From Acidobacteriota bacterium (GTDB lineage Bacteria; Acidobacteriota; UBA6911; RPQK01; JAPXNP01), in assembly GCA_020350445.1 (NCBI GenBank), contig CP070717.1, positions 2,399,827 through 2,451,760 on the forward strand: a stretch of 51,934 nucleotides of DNA, written 5' to 3'. Made by a program: the position numbers and the translations under genes. Positions 37,108-47,148 of the stretch are shown here, piece after piece. Every line of letters starts with the position of its first letter. The first letter of the stretch is position 1. Below the pieces are notes generated by a model. The model was not told where the DNA came from, did no database searches, and worked only from the letters and a program-made list of their open reading frames with translations.

Positions 37108-37128
37108 GCACACCCGTTCGTGGTGTGC
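37108..37128. terminator. Hairpin between convergent genes
   Basis: GCACACC-N7-GGTGTGC, a 7-bp stem, with no clear U-tract. Confidence 0.4.
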
Positions 37129-37137
37129 ATCTTCCAC

Positions 37138-37554
37138 CTAAAACCCATACAGCATCAGATAAATCACAACGCCCGTAACTGAGACGTAGATCCACAGGGG
37201 AAGCGTCCATCGGGCGATTTGCTGGTGGCGTTCAAACTGGCCCTTGAATGCCCGGACAAGTGTGAGAATGACGAGCGGGACGATCGCCGTCGCAAGGACC
37301 GTGTGCGAAAGCAGTACGGTAAAGTAGACAATTCGGATCGTCCCCTCACCTTCGTAGCTCTTGGAACCGATGTTGTAGTGATAGATCAGATAGGACGTCA
37401 GGAAGAGTGCGGAGGTTGCCAGTGCACCCAGCATGGCATTCCGATGCCAGAGCCGTTTCCCCTGCCGGATCAACAGGTAGCCGATTGCGAGGAGTACTGC
37501 ACTGACCGTGTTGAGAATCGCATTGACCGTCGGCAGACTCGATACTTCCAGCAT
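37138..37554 (-). CDS. DUF420 family membrane protein
   Basis: LPTVNAILN, HRNAML.A...S.LFL.SYL.YH, Y..VLLSHTVLA, H..IARWT.P.W.YVSVTGV..Y. AAGGAG SD 8 nt before ATG 37554. Confidence 0.92.
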   Translation of the reverse strand: MLEVSSLPTVNAILNTVSAVLLAIGYLLIRQGKRLWHRNAMLGALATSALFLTSYLIYHYNIGSKSYEGEGTIRIVYFTVLLSHTVLATAIVPLVILTLVRAFKGQFERHQQIARWTLPLWIYVSVTGVVIYLMLYGF

Positions 37555-37673
37555 TTCAGACACTCCTTTCCTCTTATTTCTGGTTCCCTCTTAGTGAGGA
37601 ATTCCGATCCGCGCAGGATCTGAGGCCTATCTTTGCCGAAGTTCCATTCAATTACAAGGCCCGGGATTTTGCA

Positions 37674-37708
37674 TTGACAAAAGGTGAAGAAAAGGTGAAA
37701 CTAGAGTT
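37674..37708 (+). promoter_or_regulatory. imuA promoter (TTGACA-N17-GAAACT) overlapped by the direct repeat AAAAGGTGAA x2 (period 11), a candidate repressor operator
   Basis: TTGACA at 37674-37679, repeats at 37679-37688 and 37690-37699, ATG at 37709. Confidence 0.6.
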
Positions 37709-38443
37709 ATGGCTCAAGCATCTTTTCTCCCCCTTGAAGGGCTCCAGCAGGAAGAACAACACCAGCGGCACAACCGGCAGATTGTCCCCCGCAAAGAATC
37801 CCTGCCTCCAGCGACAGACTGTTTTCCCACCGGCGTCCCCGTTTTAGACCAGCTTCTCCAGGGAGGAATTCCACGAGGAAAGATGGTTGAAATTGCAGGA
37901 GACATCTGCAGTGGGAAAACCAGCCTGACATTCAATATCCTGGCCCAGGCCACCGGGCAGGAAGAACTGGTGGCCTACATTGATACCTTCAACACCTTAG
38001 ATCCCCGCTACCTGGAGAAGTCGGGAGTTGACCTGAGCCGTGTCCTCTGGATTCGTTGTAATCCGGAAAAAAACAACCCTCTGGATACAGCTCTCAAAGC
38101 ACTGGACATCCTTGTCCAGGCCGGTGGATTTGGCGTTATCCTGCTGGATATTGCATCTCTTCCCTTCTTCAAAAGGGCTCCGATCCATCGAATTTCCCCC
38201 CACAGCTGGTTCCGCGCACAGCGGGCCCTCAAAGGAAGTCATACCGCACTCCTGATCCTGTCGTCCCACAAAGCCACTGGAAGTGCCGCATTTTGGGCTC
38301 TCTCCATCCAAAAAGAGGGGAGCCGCTGGATTCCTCCTCACAGTGGACAGAGGACCGCCAACTATTTCCAGGGGATGAAATGTATCGCTCAACTGATCCG
38401 GGGCAGGAACCATGGCTGTGTCGAGGTATATTGCCGTCTTTAG
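37709..38443 (+). CDS. imuA: RecA-like ImuA protein of the mutagenesis cassette
   Basis: PTGVPVLDQLL.GGIPRGKMVEIAG, Walker A GDICSGKTS, AYID..NTLDP...GVDLSRVLWIRC and VILLD. Upstream of imuB-dnaE2. Confidence 0.85.
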   Translation: MAQASFLPLEGLQQEEQHQRHNRQIVPRKESLPPATDCFPTGVPVLDQLLQGGIPRGKMVEIAGDICSGKTSLTFNILAQATGQEELVAYIDTFNTLDPRYLEKSGVDLSRVLWIRCNPEKNNPLDTALKALDILVQAGGFGVILLDIASLPFFKRAPIHRISPHSWFRAQRALKGSHTALLILSSHKATGSAAFWALSIQKEGSRWIPPHSGQRTANYFQGMKCIAQLIRGRNHGCVEVYCRL

Positions 38444-39704
38444 TGCCCACCCAACGGAGCTTTTCGAATTCGCACACCTCCTGGCTCCCAAAGTGGAGCA
38501 CTGCCCACCGGATGGACTCATCCTGGAGATTCCTGTGCGCTATGAACAGGACACACTGAATCGCCTGTCCCAGTTCATCGGGAATCATAGCGTTCAAATC
38601 GGCGGGGCTTCGACACGGACAGCAGCCATCCTGGCGGCTAAGAATCGTCCTGGAACGCTCATTCCCCATGGAAAAGAGACGCAGTTCCTCTCGGCACTCC
38701 CCCTTGCGTCGCTGACGACCTACGTTGAAATCGACCAACAGACACTGGCGACCTTTTCGCAGTGGGGGATCCAGACACTGGGGGAATTGGGTGCACTGCC
38801 TGAAAATGCACTGATCTCCCGGCTCGGCCAGAAAGGTCTGCTGCTACAAAAAATCGCCCGGGGAGAAGATACCGACCTCTTTGCGCCCTACACGCCTCCC
38901 GTTGAGTTTGAAGAACGGCAGCAGTTGGAATGGGCCCTGAATAACCTTGAACCCCTCGCTTTCATCCTCGGAGGCATGCTGGAATCGGTTTGCTCCAAAC
39001 TTCGAGCTCACGGGCTGGCAATGGAAGAGATCGAATTGCGCTTGTGCCTGGTTGACTCGACCTGGTTCACAAGAAGTATTCGCCTGGCCCTCCCCATGCA
39101 GGATCCCAAGGTTATCCTGTCCCTGGTTCGCCTGGACCTGCAGTCCCACCCACCACAAACCGGGATCACTGAAATCGCTGTCAAAGCCCGGCCTACCCGG
39201 CCCCGTTTCTTTCAGCACTCCCTGCTTCACCCCACCGCACCGAGCCCGGAGAAACTTTCCAAGACCCTCACGCGGCTCAAATCCCTCGTGGGAGATGACA
39301 ATGTCGGTTCGCCGATCCTGCTCGACACACATCGCCCCGATGCTGTGGAGTTACGGGAGTTGGATCTTTCGAGCAGGTCTAGAAGGACGAAACAGGGAAG
39401 GGCCAGGACAGGGGTTTCGATTCCCGGTCAAGAGGCCTCTTCCCCGGAGTCTGCTGGCCGGAAGGCTCCGCTTCAGCTTTCTCTCCGGCGACTGCGTCCC
39501 GCCCAGGTAACACGGATCAATCCCCAGGAGATCATCACCTGCGCCGGCCCCTGGAAATCATCGGGAGACTGGTGGACAGATGAGGAGCAGATCGATGGAT
39601 GGTCCAGGGAGGAGTGGGATGTAGAGATGGTGGATGGTGGGATCTACCGGATCTACTGGGACAACCGGTCGAGGCAATGGTTTCTGGAGGGGATCTATGA
39701 CTGA
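38412..39704 (+). CDS. imuB: ImuB, catalytically dead Y-family polymerase-like protein
   Basis: HhH region WGIQTLGELGALP...RLG, little-finger region, clamp-binding-like QHSLL, and C-terminal GPW..SGDWW...R.EWD...YRIY...WFLEGIYD. No Y-family catalytic DMD/SIDE motifs. Confidence 0.85.
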   Translation: MAVSRYIAVFSAHPTELFEFAHLLAPKVEHCPPDGLILEIPVRYEQDTLNRLSQFIGNHSVQIGGASTRTAAILAAKNRPGTLIPHGKETQFLSALPLASLTTYVEIDQQTLATFSQWGIQTLGELGALPENALISRLGQKGLLLQKIARGEDTDLFAPYTPPVEFEERQQLEWALNNLEPLAFILGGMLESVCSKLRAHGLAMEEIELRLCLVDSTWFTRSIRLALPMQDPKVILSLVRLDLQSHPPQTGITEIAVKARPTRPRFFQHSLLHPTAPSPEKLSKTLTRLKSLVGDDNVGSPILLDTHRPDAVELRELDLSSRSRRTKQGRARTGVSIPGQEASSPESAGRKAPLQLSLRRLRPAQVTRINPQEIITCAGPWKSSGDWWTDEEQIDGWSREEWDVEMVDGGIYRIYWDNRSRQWFLEGIYD

Positions 39705-39724
39705 CAGGCAGTTGGAGGACAACT

Positions 39725-42700
39725 GTGTCTTACTGTGAGCTTCACATCGCCAGCTCTTTCAGTTTCCTCGAAGGGTCTTCCAACCCGGAACAACTGGCGG
39801 AAACCGCCGCTCACCTGGAGTATCCGGCCGCAGCCCTGCTGGATCGGGATGGCGTCTACGGTGCACCTCGATTTTATAAAGCCTGCCGGGAGGCCGGGAT
39901 CCGTCCCATTGTCGGAGCGGAGATCACCCTACCTGAAGGACAACTCCCCCTTTTGGTACAGAATCGAACCGGGTACCAGAATCTCTGCCAATTGATCACT
40001 TCGGTCAAGCTCGAAAATGAAAAGGGAAAGGGTATCGCTTCCCTCGAAACACTCGAGGAATTCTCCTCGGGACTGATCTGCCTCACAGGAGGTGTGGAAG
40101 GACCTCTCTGGACCCTCCTGGAAGAGACGCCGCTACAGGCTCAACCCTTCATCGATCGACTCCAACAGATTTATGGGCCTCACAACGTCTATGTCGAGAT
40201 TCAGCGACACTTCGATCGCAAACAGGAATCGTTCACCCAGCAATGCCTTCACCTGGCTTCACGGACACAACTCCCGGTGATTGCTACCAATGGCGTCCGC
40301 TACAGTTCCCGCTCCGGAAGACTTCTGCATGATGTACTGACCTGCATCCGTCACCGAACCCACCTGGATCAAGCCGGGAAATTGCTCAACCGGAATTCGG
40401 AACGTTATCTCAAATCCCCTGGAGAAATGACCAAGCTCTTCTCCGATATCCCTCGAGCTCTCTTCAACACCCTGGAATTGACCGAACGTCTCGATTTCAC
40501 CCTCGAAAATCTTGGCTATGAATTTCCCGACTATCCCTGCCCTGCGGGAGAGTCAATGGCTTCGTACCTGCGTCAACTGGCGCATGCTGGTGCCCGCCGC
40601 CGGTACCGCCCCTACCAGGAGCGGGCCCGCCGCCAGATCGAGCATGAACTCCATCTGATCGAAAAGCTCGACCTCTCGGGTTACTTCCTGATTGTCTGGG
40701 ACCTGGTCCAGTTCTGCCAACGTAACGACATCCTGGTTCAAGGACGCGGCTCCGCCGCCAACAGTGCGGTCTGTTACAGCCTTGGCATTACCGCTGTTGA
40801 TCCCGTGGGGATGGAATTACTGTTCGAACGATTCCTCTCCGAGGAGCGGGGAGAGTGGCCCGATATCGACCTGGATCTCCCCAGCGGAGAGAAACGGGAA
40901 AAGGTGATCCAGTACATCTATGAACGCTATGGCCGCTGTGGAGCAGCCATGACAGCCAATGTCATTAGCTATCGCGGCCGCAGTGCCGCACGAGAAGTGG
41001 GCAAGGCCCTCAACATTCCCCAGGAACAGCTCGACAAGCTTTCCAAACTCCTGTCGTCCTATGGTTACTCCTCCCAGGACAACCGTACCGGATCCCGGGA
41101 AGAAATCGATGGCATCGCGACGACGGAAGGCCAGCGCGTATTGATGGAAAGAGCCCGGGAAATCGGCCTGGAACTCTCAGGCCGCCGTGCTCGGGCATTC
41201 ATCCAACTCTGGCAGCAGATTCAGAATCTGCCCCGCCGCCTGGGACAGCACAGTGGAGGAATGGTGATCTGCCGAGGCCGTCTTGACCGGGTTGTTCCGC
41301 TCGAAAATGCCCGCATGCCCGGCCGTAGTGTTGTCCAGTGGGACAAGGATGATTGTGCCCATCTGGGGATTATCAAAGTCGATCTTCTCGGCCTGGGAAT
41401 GATGGCCGCAATTCACGAATCGCTTGAACTTGTTCGTCAATCCGGTACGGCAATCGATCTGGCTCATCTCCCTCCGGATGATCCCAAAGTGTATTCAATG
41501 CTGCAGGCTGCAGATACGGTCGGTGTCTTCCAAGTGGAAAGCCGGGCCCAGATGGCCACGCTCCCCAGGCTCAGGCCTACCCGTTTCTACGACCTCGTCG
41601 TCCAGATCGCCATTATCCGGCCCGGACCGATCGTCGGAGACATGGTCCATCCCTATCTGGGTCGTCGCTCGGGCAGAGAGCCCGTGACCTATCCCCACCC
41701 CTCGCTCGAACCGATTTTGAAACGGACCCTCGGCGTCCCGCTTTTCCAGGAACAATTACTCCGAATCGCCATGGTTGCCGCCAACTTTACGGGAGGAGAG
41801 GCGGAAGAACTCCGACGCGCCCTGGGTTTCAAACGCCCCGATCAAGCGATGAACAAGATTGAGGAAAAGCTGCGACAGGGACTTCGAAACAACGGGATCA
41901 CAGGCGAGAAAGAAGAACTCATCGTCAAATACATCACCTCCTTTGCACTTTACGGATTCCCGGAATCTCATGCCGCCAGTTTTGCCCTCCTCGCCTATGC
42001 CAGTGCCTACCTGAAGGCGCACCATCCGGCGGAGTTCTATACCGCTCTGCTCAACAACCAGCCCATGGGGTTCTACCATCCGGCAACCCTGATCAAGGAT
42101 GCCCAGCACCGCCACCAGAGGGTCCGCCCAATCGATGTCTGCCTGTCCGATTGGCGCTGCCGGATCGAACCGGACCGCTCGATCCGGCTCGGCTTGATGT
42201 ACGCCCGCGGATTGCGAGAGGCCTCAGGAATCCGGATCGAACAGGAAAGGCAAAAGTGCGCTTTCCAGTCTGTGGATGACTTCCAGCAACGGGCGGAATT
42301 GAACCGGGCCGAGCTCAACACCCTGGCCAGGATTGGAGCCCTGAACAGCTTCGGCATGAGACGTAGAGAAGCCCTCTGGCAGGTGGAGAGATCGTACCGC
42401 TTCACCGGTCCCCTTTTAAAGAAACTTCCCTCGCCTCCAGACCCCTCACCCCTTCGTGAAATGAACGCTGTCGAAAGACTTCTGTCCGATTATGCGGGAT
42501 CCAAAGTCACCACGGGGCCACATCCCATGTCCCTGCTCCGCAAGTACCTGGTTCCGCTCGGAGTCCTCCAGTCTTGCCATCTACCGAAGCGCCGCTCAGG
42601 AGAGATGGTCCGAGTCGCCGGCAGTGTCATCGTCCGACAGCGGCCCATGACGGCAAAAGGGTTCCTCTTCGTCAGCCTGGAAGATGAAACTGGCATCTCG

Positions 42701-42877
42701 AACATCATTGTCCGTCCCCAAATGTTCGAACGAGATCGACTGACATTAATGAGCCAGCCTTTCCTGATTTTCGAAGGGGTTCTACAGAACCAGGATAGTG
42801 TCATTTCCGTCAGAGCCGAAAGGGTCCAGCCCTTTCCCTCCTTCCCTCTCGAAATCGAAGGTCACGATTTCCACTAA
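39725..42877 (+). CDS. dnaE2: Error-prone DNA polymerase III alpha-like subunit DnaE2
   Basis: Y.ELH..S.FSFLEG.S.PE.L, GRGSAANS, PDIDLD, LGQHSGG, KVDLLGLG, YGFPESHA and LNNQPMGFY. C-terminal GHDFH resembles the DnaE2 SRDFH tail. GGAGG SD. Confidence 0.96.
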   Translation: MSYCELHIASSFSFLEGSSNPEQLAETAAHLEYPAAALLDRDGVYGAPRFYKACREAGIRPIVGAEITLPEGQLPLLVQNRTGYQNLCQLITSVKLENEKGKGIASLETLEEFSSGLICLTGGVEGPLWTLLEETPLQAQPFIDRLQQIYGPHNVYVEIQRHFDRKQESFTQQCLHLASRTQLPVIATNGVRYSSRSGRLLHDVLTCIRHRTHLDQAGKLLNRNSERYLKSPGEMTKLFSDIPRALFNTLELTERLDFTLENLGYEFPDYPCPAGESMASYLRQLAHAGARRRYRPYQERARRQIEHELHLIEKLDLSGYFLIVWDLVQFCQRNDILVQGRGSAANSAVCYSLGITAVDPVGMELLFERFLSEERGEWPDIDLDLPSGEKREKVIQYIYERYGRCGAAMTANVISYRGRSAAREVGKALNIPQEQLDKLSKLLSSYGYSSQDNRTGSREEIDGIATTEGQRVLMERAREIGLELSGRRARAFIQLWQQIQNLPRRLGQHSGGMVICRGRLDRVVPLENARMPGRSVVQWDKDDCAHLGIIKVDLLGLGMMAAIHESLELVRQSGTAIDLAHLPPDDPKVYSMLQAADTVGVFQVESRAQMATLPRLRPTRFYDLVVQIAIIRPGPIVGDMVHPYLGRRSGREPVTYPHPSLEPILKRTLGVPLFQEQLLRIAMVAANFTGGEAEELRRALGFKRPDQAMNKIEEKLRQGLRNNGITGEKEELIVKYITSFALYGFPESHAASFALLAYASAYLKAHHPAEFYTALLNNQPMGFYHPATLIKDAQHRHQRVRPIDVCLSDWRCRIEPDRSIRLGLMYARGLREASGIRIEQERQKCAFQSVDDFQQRAELNRAELNTLARIGALNSFGMRRREALWQVERSYRFTGPLLKKLPSPPDPSPLREMNAVERLLSDYAGSKVTTGPHPMSLLRKYLVPLGVLQSCHLPKRRSGEMVRVAGSVIVRQRPMTAKGFLFVSLEDETGISNIIVRPQMFERDRLTLMSQPFLIFEGVLQNQDSVISVRAERVQPFPSFPLEIEGHDFH

Positions 42878-42951
42878 TTCAGGTCAAAAGCTCTCAAAGA
42901 TTTACCCAAACCACTCTAACAATAGAGATTAACTTACGGTAATCTAATCCC

Positions 42952-44931
42952 ATGAATAATAAGCGAGTCATCATCGAAGGTGTGAAACCGCAGATCGACT
43001 CTGGCCGTTTTCCGATCAAAAGGGTGATCGGCGAAAAGGTCGAAGTCGAGGCCGATATCTTCGTAGATGGGCATGATGCACTCTCTGCGACGCTTCTGTA
43101 TCGGCAAGCAACCAAAGGGGCCCAGTGGCGCGAGGCAGATATGTCACCGCTGGTCAATGACCGCTGGGCAGCCAGTTTTCCGGTCACCGAACTCGGGTTT
43201 TACCTCTATACAATCGAGGCCTGGGTAGACCATTTCAAGAGTTGGCGACGTGATTTCCAGAAGAAGCTCGAAGCAGGCCTCGACATCTCGATCGATCTCC
43301 TGATCGGCGCCGACCTGGTTGAACAGGCCAGTAAACGGGCCACCGGCAAGAACTGCGAACAACTCGTTGAATTCTGCCAGTTCCTCCGCGCTCCAGAGGA
43401 TTCGCGGCTCAAAACCCAGCTCGCACTGGATGAGGAACTGGCGCAGTTGATCTTCAAGTATCCCGACAAGTCGCTCGCCACGAAATATGAACGGGAGCTC
43501 TCCGTCGTCGTCGAACGGCAGAAGGCCCGTTTCAGTACCTGGTACGAGTTGTTCCCGCGTTCCTGTGGTGAAGGGACCGAACATGGCACCTTCGCCGACT
43601 GCGAACGCCAACTCCCCGCGATAGCAGCCATGGGCTTCGATATTGTCTACTTCCCGCCGATTCATCCAATCGGGAAAACCAAGAGGAAGGGACGAAACAA
43701 TTCGATCGAGGCTGAACCGGGTGACTTCGGAAGTCCGTGGGCAATCGGCGCAAAAGAAGGTGGGCACAAGGCGATTCACCCGGACCTCGGCTCCCTGGAT
43801 GACTTCAAGAGCCTGGTCAACAGGGCGAAAGAACTCGGTCTCGAAGTCGCTCTCGATCTCGCCTTCCAGTGCTCTCCTGACCATCCCTATGTCGAAGAGC
43901 ATCCCGAGTGGTTCCGGCAGCGGCCGGATGGAACAGTCCAGTACGCCGAGAATCCACCGAAGAAGTACGAGGATATCTATCCCTTTAACTTCGAATGCGA
44001 AAACTCAGCTGAACTCTGGAACGAACTCAAGAGTGTCATCGAATACTGGATCGATCAGGGCGTGTCGACCTTCCGAGTGGATAATCCTCACACCAAACCT
44101 TTCGCCTTCTGGGAATGGGTGATTGCAGAACTCCGCGGGAAAAATCCAAACCTGATCTTCCTGTCCGAAGCATTCACCCGCCCGAAGATCATGTACCGCC
44201 TGGGCAAGCTGGGGTTCACTCAGTCCTACACCTATTTCGCGTGGCGGAATACGAAGTGGGAATTGACCCAGTACTTTACCGAACTGACCCAGACCGAAGT
44301 CCGTGAGTTCTTCCGCCCGAACGCCTGGCCGAACACGCCGGATATTCTCACCGAATACCTGCAGACCGGAGGGAAGCCGGCCTTCATGATTCGCCTGGTC
44401 CTTGCAGCAACCCTGACGGCCAGTTACGGGATCTACGGCCCGGCCTACGAGCTTTGCCTGGCTGAACCCAGGGAACCGGGGAGTGAAGAGTATCGCGATT
44501 CCGAGAAGTATGAAATCAAGGACTACGATCCGGAATCAGTGCTGCAGTTTCGCGAACTCATCTCGGTGATCAACAGGATCCGTCGCGACAATCCCGCACT
44601 CCAGATCGACCATACCTTGCGCTTCCACGAAATCGATAACGAACAGTTGATCTGCTACAGCAAGGCCGACCCGGTCTCAAAGGACCTGGTGATCGTCGTA
44701 GTGAACCTCGATCCCCATCACACACATGCCGGCTGGGTTGAACTGCCCCTCGACCAGTTGGGGATTCCGAAGGATCGCCCGTACCAGGTGCACGACCTGA
44801 TAGCCGATGCGAGATACCTGTGGCTGGGTCACAGGAATTATGTCGAAATCAACCCTCATATCGTCCCGGCTCATATCTTCAAGGTCCGAAGGAAGGTGCG
44901 GACGGAACATGATTTTGAGTATTTTCTCTGA
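42952..44931 (+). CDS. glgE: Alpha-1,4-glucan:maltose-1-phosphate maltosyltransferase
   Basis: DIFVDGHD, WYELFPRS, YFPPIHPIG, GSPWAIG...GGH, DLAFQCSPDHP, ENPPKKYEDIYP, FRVDNPHTKP, FLSEAFTRP and WPNTPDIL. Confidence 0.97.
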   Translation: MNNKRVIIEGVKPQIDSGRFPIKRVIGEKVEVEADIFVDGHDALSATLLYRQATKGAQWREADMSPLVNDRWAASFPVTELGFYLYTIEAWVDHFKSWRRDFQKKLEAGLDISIDLLIGADLVEQASKRATGKNCEQLVEFCQFLRAPEDSRLKTQLALDEELAQLIFKYPDKSLATKYERELSVVVERQKARFSTWYELFPRSCGEGTEHGTFADCERQLPAIAAMGFDIVYFPPIHPIGKTKRKGRNNSIEAEPGDFGSPWAIGAKEGGHKAIHPDLGSLDDFKSLVNRAKELGLEVALDLAFQCSPDHPYVEEHPEWFRQRPDGTVQYAENPPKKYEDIYPFNFECENSAELWNELKSVIEYWIDQGVSTFRVDNPHTKPFAFWEWVIAELRGKNPNLIFLSEAFTRPKIMYRLGKLGFTQSYTYFAWRNTKWELTQYFTELTQTEVREFFRPNAWPNTPDILTEYLQTGGKPAFMIRLVLAATLTASYGIYGPAYELCLAEPREPGSEEYRDSEKYEIKDYDPESVLQFRELISVINRIRRDNPALQIDHTLRFHEIDNEQLICYSKADPVSKDLVIVVVNLDPHHTHAGWVELPLDQLGIPKDRPYQVHDLIADARYLWLGHRNYVEINPHIVPAHIFKVRRKVRTEHDFEYFL

Positions 44932-44961
44932 TCACCGAAGTGGTACCACCCCGGAATAGAA

Positions 44962-47118
44962 GTGTTGTGCGAGATGAATGATGCGGAACGAGCCTGCTTG
45001 TCGGAACTAGCAGGACTTTACGGACTTGAAACCGAATTCTACGACGGTCTGGGGATCCGGCGGACTCCACCGCCCGAGGCGATCCTCGCAGTCTTGAAGA
45101 GTCTCGGAGTTCCGCTCAGGGACATTGAGGATGTCTGTCCGGTACTGGAAGACCGCCGGCGCGAACGACTGGACCGGGTCATTGAACCGGTTCTCATCAG
45201 CTGGGACGGGAAATCGCTCCCCATGACCGTGACTGCTCCAGAACCGACGAGCGGAAGCATCCGTGTCGATCTCGAGCTTGAATCGGGGGAGGAACTCAGG
45301 CAGGCCCTCCCCTGGACGAACGGTCAACTGCAGGACCAGTTCGACCTGGATGGTACGACCTTTCAAAGGCGAACCTTTCATCTCGAGTGGGAGATTCCTC
45401 CGGGATACCATGACGTCTGGCTCGAAATCGGCCCAATTCAGCGCCGCAGCACCCTGATTTCCACCTATCCAAAGGCGTTTTCCGATCCGACCTCGCAGTC
45501 TCTCTGGGGACTCTTCTTACCCCTCTACGCGCTTCATTCAAAGCGCAGCTGGGGAGCCGGGGACATCTCAGATCTGGAACGCCTTATGACCTGGACGGGC
45601 GAACGAGGCGGCAGATTCGTCGGTGTTCTGCCGATGTTCGCGTCATTCCTCGAATCGCCCTGCGACCCCAGCCCCTACACACCAGTCAGCCGGCTCTTCT
45701 GGAATGAACTATTCATCGATCCTCGCCGCTGCCGTAACTGGGATCACTGCCCCCAGGTACACGATCTCCTGGGAAACGATGCCTTCCAGGCTGCACTGGA
45801 ACAGCAGAGACAGCTCCCCCTGGTCGATTACCGGGAGCAGATCCGGCTCAAACGTACGGCGCTGGAGAAACTGGCTGAAGACTTCTTCTCAACCGGAGGA
45901 GCTCTTTCTGAATCGTATAACGACTACCTTCGGAGTCATCCGGCGGTCCTGCGCTACGCCGGTTTTCGAGCCGTCCAGGAAAAGCTGGGGAAGCGATGGT
46001 CGGAGTGGCCCGATTATCTGAAAAATGGACATCTCGACCCACAGATCTACGACCGCCGGGCCGTCGAATATCACCTGTTTTGCCAGTGGACGGCACATGA
46101 GCAGATTGCTCACCTCCTGAGGTCGGGAGAAAAGACAGGGGTCGGCCTCTATATGGATCTTCCCCTCGGGGTACATCCGGACGGGTTCGACGTCTGGGAG
46201 AACCAGGATATCTTCGCCCACGACATTTCGGGTGGGGCTCCACCGGACGGATTCTTCACGGCGGGACAGGACTGGGGATTTCGACCTCTCCTGCCTGAAG
46301 CTTCACGCCAGACGGGCCATCGATATCTACGAAGTATCTTGAAATTCCTTCTCGGAAGCGCCAACCTGCTGCGAGTGGATCACGCAATGGGTTTCCAGCG
46401 ACTTTACTGGGTTCCCCGTGGTTTTGGAGCGGAAAACGGTGTCTATGTCCGCTACCCCATGGAGGAACTGTTCGCCACGCTGGTACTCGAATCCCAGCGT
46501 CGCAGGTGTGAAATCGTAGGCGAAGATCTGGGCACGGTTGATCCCGCTCTGAGACATCAGATGACCGAGCACGCCATCAATCGAATGTACGTCGGCCTCT
46601 TCGAGACCGCCCTTCATCAAGATCCGCCGCTGCGGCCGGTCCCCAGCGGGATGGTTGCCAGTATCAATACTCATGACACGCCTTCTTTCGCAGCTTTCTG
46701 GAACGGCCTGGATATTGAAGACCGTCAGCAGATGGGCTTGCTCGACGAAGCCGGAGTCGCCGCCGAGCAGGAGGGACGACGGCAGTTGCGCGAAGCCCTG
46801 CTTCGCTACTTTCAACTAGAGGAGCTGCCCACTCCCGAGGAAACAGAGCGGGCTGTGCTCCAGGCCTGGACTGCCCAACTCGGCCGCAGCGAGGCGAAGT
46901 ATGTCCTCGTGAACCTCGAAGACCTTTGGCTCGAAACGAAACCCCAGAACGTCCCCGGGACCTCGTTCGAACGGCCAAATTGGAAACGAAAGGCAAGATT
47001 GAGCCAGGAAGCGTTTGAATCGGATATGATCGTCAAGCAGATTCTCGAGGAACTCAACCGGCTCAGAATCGAAAAAAACGAGGCGAAGAGTTTCTCGGAC
47101 CTGGAGAATAGCGACTAG
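44962..47118 (+). CDS. malQ: 4-alpha-glucanotransferase (amylomaltase, GH77)
   Basis: WG..LPLYAL, SPY.P.SR, YMDLPLGV, GAPPD.FF..GQDWG, LRVDHAMG, VGEDLG, INTHD and NVPGT...PNW.RK. Confidence 0.95.
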   Translation: MLCEMNDAERACLSELAGLYGLETEFYDGLGIRRTPPPEAILAVLKSLGVPLRDIEDVCPVLEDRRRERLDRVIEPVLISWDGKSLPMTVTAPEPTSGSIRVDLELESGEELRQALPWTNGQLQDQFDLDGTTFQRRTFHLEWEIPPGYHDVWLEIGPIQRRSTLISTYPKAFSDPTSQSLWGLFLPLYALHSKRSWGAGDISDLERLMTWTGERGGRFVGVLPMFASFLESPCDPSPYTPVSRLFWNELFIDPRRCRNWDHCPQVHDLLGNDAFQAALEQQRQLPLVDYREQIRLKRTALEKLAEDFFSTGGALSESYNDYLRSHPAVLRYAGFRAVQEKLGKRWSEWPDYLKNGHLDPQIYDRRAVEYHLFCQWTAHEQIAHLLRSGEKTGVGLYMDLPLGVHPDGFDVWENQDIFAHDISGGAPPDGFFTAGQDWGFRPLLPEASRQTGHRYLRSILKFLLGSANLLRVDHAMGFQRLYWVPRGFGAENGVYVRYPMEELFATLVLESQRRRCEIVGEDLGTVDPALRHQMTEHAINRMYVGLFETALHQDPPLRPVPSGMVASINTHDTPSFAAFWNGLDIEDRQQMGLLDEAGVAAEQEGRRQLREALLRYFQLEELPTPEETERAVLQAWTAQLGRSEAKYVLVNLEDLWLETKPQNVPGTSFERPNWKRKARLSQEAFESDMIVKQILEELNRLRIEKNEAKSFSDLENSD

Positions 47119-47148
47119 AATGGATGTGAGTCCTCCTGGAGTTCAGTT

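Noticed and set aside
38412-39704. imuB as a truncated pseudogene
   Set aside because: The frame is open, has an SD and an intact conserved C-terminus, and ImuB proteins are naturally catalytically dead.
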